This document shows positions 60,519 through 64,000 of a DNA stretch of 64,000 bases, piece by piece. Positions within the stretch are counted from its first letter, which is position 1, and each line of letters starts with the position of its first letter. The position numbers and the translations under genes were made by a program. The notes below the pieces were generated by a model, which did no database searches, was not told where the DNA came from, and saw nothing but the letters and a program-made list of their open reading frames with translations. Origin of the DNA: Rhodosorus marinus CCMP1338 (Eukaryota > Plantae > Rhodophyta); the NCBI GenBank assembly GCA_029953675.1, contig JAMWBK010000003.1, positions 372,001-436,000 of the forward strand. Reading direction: 5' to 3'.

Positions 60519-60639
60519 ATATCCCTATACTGAGTAGTAAACCCTCCCAGTGCACATTGTACATAAACACTGAGACCAATCCGCATATAGACGTAACTCG
60601 CTCACTCCTCCATTTTGGCACGGATTTCTGTGAAAATGA

Positions 60640-60890
60640 AAGATTGGATTTCAGAAATTTTTATGCGGCCAAAAAAGAATGGCTTATGATACTCGATTAG
60701 GAATTTCCATGGATCTAAAGACCTTGAATTTTAGAAATTCCTAGATGGCCAAAACGGAAAGGCCTCTGATACCAATCGGGCCGGGCGCGGACTATTTGAT
60801 TTTCATGCTAATTTCGATGAATCTAAAGACCTTGAATTTCAGAAATTCCTAAGCGGCCAATATCGACCAACTCATGATACCCAGACCCCT
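60640..60890. repeat. Three degenerate direct repeats (80-110 bp spacing) in the intergenic region
   Basis: g(g/a)attt(c/t)agaaatt...ggccaa...tgatac at about 60646, 60726 and 60834; atctaaagaccttgaattt is shared exactly by copies 2 and 3. Confidence 0.8.
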
Positions 60891-61615
60891 GTTTTCAACA
60901 GAGAAGAGGTGGGACAATTTGCGGGTTTGTATGTTTTTTGCTACTTGTCGCCCAAAAGCCTCCTTTCAGAGGGACCAGGAGCCTCGGCTAGGCGCGACCG
61001 AGGTGCAAGCATAGCTACATAGCTGTGGTACCTTTTGCCTCTGCCAACATTCTATTCCCCGTAGCTGCGCTCTCCATACACTTCGTTGCCTGGCTCTCTT
61101 CATTCGTGCTCCTAACTGCCCGCTCCCGTCGTTCCAACCCCGGTCCACCACAGAAAATTCTTGTCCAGCAAATCTCATATTAACTGTCACCAATAATAAT
61201 CAATCTTTAAGAAATACTGATTTCTATTTCACACACTATGAAGACATTGTGACCAAATATAGAAATAATATTGATTGAATCTATATGACACTTATTGTGT
61301 TTTTGGTTCTAGGGTTCTTGGTTGGAAGAGCGACGGAGGCAGCGGGATGTTGGCACTGACTGGTCAAGTGGTGAGTGGGTGAGGAATCGGTGGGTTATGG
61401 TTGGGGATAGACTACTATAACTTGTTGACGATGATATTATTTCAAGTATAGATAAGTTCTGCCCAAGTCTTCTTCTCTTATCCTAGGAGTGGTTTGGTTT
61501 TGGGGTGCTGGTGCCCTGGCCATAGGGAATAGGATTGGGATTTTGGTTGGGATTCTGTCTTAAGGCAATTTCGTTATTGCTTTCTGCTTTGTGCGAAGTT
61601 GTGCTCTTGATCGTG

Positions 61616-63372
61616 ATGACGTGCAAGTGGTTTTGGTGGCTGATTAGCGCGTCTGCAGTCGTGGTTGCTTTCTCTGCTGGTGATGATTCCGACGTCCCGT
61701 GGAAGAGAAACAAGGTGATCTATGGGTCGGTAGTTTTCCATCGGCACGGAGACCGAGCCGCTCAGAGGACGGCCCCAGCGTATGCTGCTGGAGACAGACA
61801 GTCTTACAATGTGAAGTTTCCAATTGATGATCAGGAATGGCCGGTGAGATGGGTGCTTTCTTCTGTATGTTGTTGAAATGTCTTCGAATCCTGGTGCTAA
61901 TTCATATTGATATTGTCTCAGGTTGACTATGGCCAGTTGTCTGGACTGGGAGCATTGCAGTGTCGCAATTTTGGATCCTACCTTCGGGATAGATACGTAG
62001 GAAAGGACAAGCTACTGGACGAGAAGTATAATCATTATGAAACGCATGTGAGAAGCACTGACGTAGATCGAACACTAGTCTCTTCAATGGCAGTCATGGC
62101 GGGATTGTATCCAGGACGATCAATAGCCGTAAGTTGTGCCAGCATAAGGAAAAATGTTATTACGTTATTTTTCATGTCTAATCATGTCCGCACACGACGC
62201 CATCTAGCCCGGATTCGACGGAACTGTACTAGTCCCAATTCACACAGTGCCTTACGCGACGGATGCTTTGATGGACGGATCAGCCAGTAAGCACTGTCCA
62301 AGGTTCAACCGAGCAGCTACAGCGGCGCTCAATTCCAAGACGATTCGAAACGCGATTCTGTCTGACCGCAAATTCGCAAGCTCGTTGGCCATCCTCGCGA
62401 ACGTGACTGGGGATAGAATGCGCGCTATGCCAGGCACGGTATCATCAAAGCAGAAAAGTGTACGGCTTTGGTTTGCGGGAGGGATTATTCCTAACCTTTC
62501 TCACCGCCCACGTCATTTGGTAAACAGTCCCTGGTTTCCTTAGTAACGTCGTTGAGAGACTTGAGGCTATGCCAACGTGCGCACAACATGACCCAGCCAA
62601 AAAACGTGACCCAATGGGATTCCAAGCTTGAAGATTTGACTACGCGGATAACCAATGCCAAGTGGGGATCAGCTCACATGGGTGCTCTGGTCGGAGGTCG
62701 TGCGCTGCGCGCAGTTGCAAATCGATTCAAAGCTACGGTGGCTGTGTATCATCACGAGCAGTGGGCGCTTGAGAAGATGAACGAAGAGTGCAACGCAAAA
62801 GGAAGCGACAGTGACGAGGATGGGGGCTGTCCGAGAAAACTCGCCGTGTATACAGGACATGACACAACAATTTTTGATCTCAGAGCAGCACTAGGCGTTG
62901 ACATCACCGAGCCTGGAGTCGTCCCATATGTGTCGCACCTAATTTTCGAACTTGAGTAAGTCAGCTCCTAAGAAACTGCTTCATTTTTTCCTTCCAAGCT
63001 AAGTAGTCATGGCTTCTACTGTTCAGGGGGGATGGGAAGAACTTCACAGTCAGCCTTCTGTCGGGGAGCTTCCTCAAGAAAGCGACGCCGTTAGCAGGGC
63101 CCTTCTGCGGGGGCAAGAGCACGTGTTCGTTGGACAAGTTCCTCGCCTACGTTGAGAGGACGGTTCCGATGGACATCGATAAAGCGTGCTCTGTGACTAT
63201 TGAACAGCTCAGCAACGGCCAACCGGGCTCTACCGAAACGACGACTAGCTCATTCGTTCCACAGCTGCTGAAGACGGGCTTCATTACTGTGGCCGCGATT
63301 GTCGTGGGTGCAGTAGGTGCCCTACTCATCTCAGCTCGCTTGAGAAGATCCCGGTACAACCGAATCGACTGA
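61616..63372 (+). CDS. Histidine acid phosphatase (lysosomal/vacuolar ACP2-like type I membrane protein), multi-exon
   Basis: Signal peptide, RHGDR motif, RSTDVDRTL, GHDTT, C-terminal TM helix and a cytosolic YNRI (YxxPhi) tail. Confidence 0.9.
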
Positions 63373-64000
63373 TCCACTTTTGACCACTAGAGGGCGAATT
63401 CTCGAAAGGTTCTACCCCGAATCCTTGGCTGACATCACTCAACGAGTGGAGATCGATCTTATACTTTTCCTGAGCTGACTAACTTGATAATCACAAGATT
63501 GTTCTAAAAGATGGCATAGCCGAATCGAGCAGTTCTTGGTATCTGCACGAAGCCAGCTCCTTGTTAGCGGCAAGGTCGCTCCGCTTTCGTTGGGTAGCTC
63601 AGTATACCGTAACGAGTAAGGGGATATGAAACCACTTCCACGTGTGTCCTGTAAGACCTTGTTCCGACTTTCTACAGGATGTTGAACTTCGCCAGTCGAA
63701 GAGTGGCACCTTCAGTCGCAACGGTCTTTCATGGTTCACAGTAGTGGCCTGTCCCAACACCCAGCTATCTGGGACAACTGTTGACTACAAAATGCCATCT
63801 CTGCAGCTTCCCCACTCGACGAAAGCCCTCAACGCTCGGTGGGGTGCGATCGACGGGATTTTTAGTAAGCATCAGATGATATATGTTAAAACGTTGTTGT
63901 CAAGGGTCTTAAATCTGACCATCATCACACTGACCAAAGACCCTTCCTCGTCTTTGACCAAACAGTCGTGTAGACTTCCCTGCCTTAATCTAGATCGGGC

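Noticed and set aside
63400-64000. 3' end of a gene entering from the right edge
   Set aside because: All frames are interrupted and no motif was recognised.

Overview
Gene-dense eukaryotic nuclear DNA with short GT-AG introns (about 70-100 nt). Plastid transit peptides starting M-x-F/MAFV without an ER signal suggest a red alga (inference). About 21 protein-coding genes can be supported: TTC27, PRMT1, a SAM-DUF202 fusion, RUS/DUF647, PI4K-beta, an ABCG half-transporter, meiotic ZIP4/SPO22, YME1/FTSH4, TTI2, APE1/ARP, a small plastid Cys/His protein missed by the ORF track, an MPV17/PMP22 protein, an AVEN-like protein, a HAD-like protein, PICH/ERCC6L, LysRS, an unknown mitochondrial membrane protein, Pol eta, a bacterial-type xylulokinase, LENG1, deoxyhypusine synthase and a histidine acid phosphatase. 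Non-genic features are a Ty1/Copia RT relic with an inverted partial duplicate, a possible retropepsin relic, a 15/16-bp minisatellite with a 246-bp higher-order duplication, several perfect hairpins (two with mutually exclusive pairings inside introns), decayed tandem duplications, and a recurring C-rich / AT-rich / G-rich skew flip at promoters. No rRNA, intact tRNA or CRISPR array was seen. All family calls come from motif recognition by eye, not from database searches.
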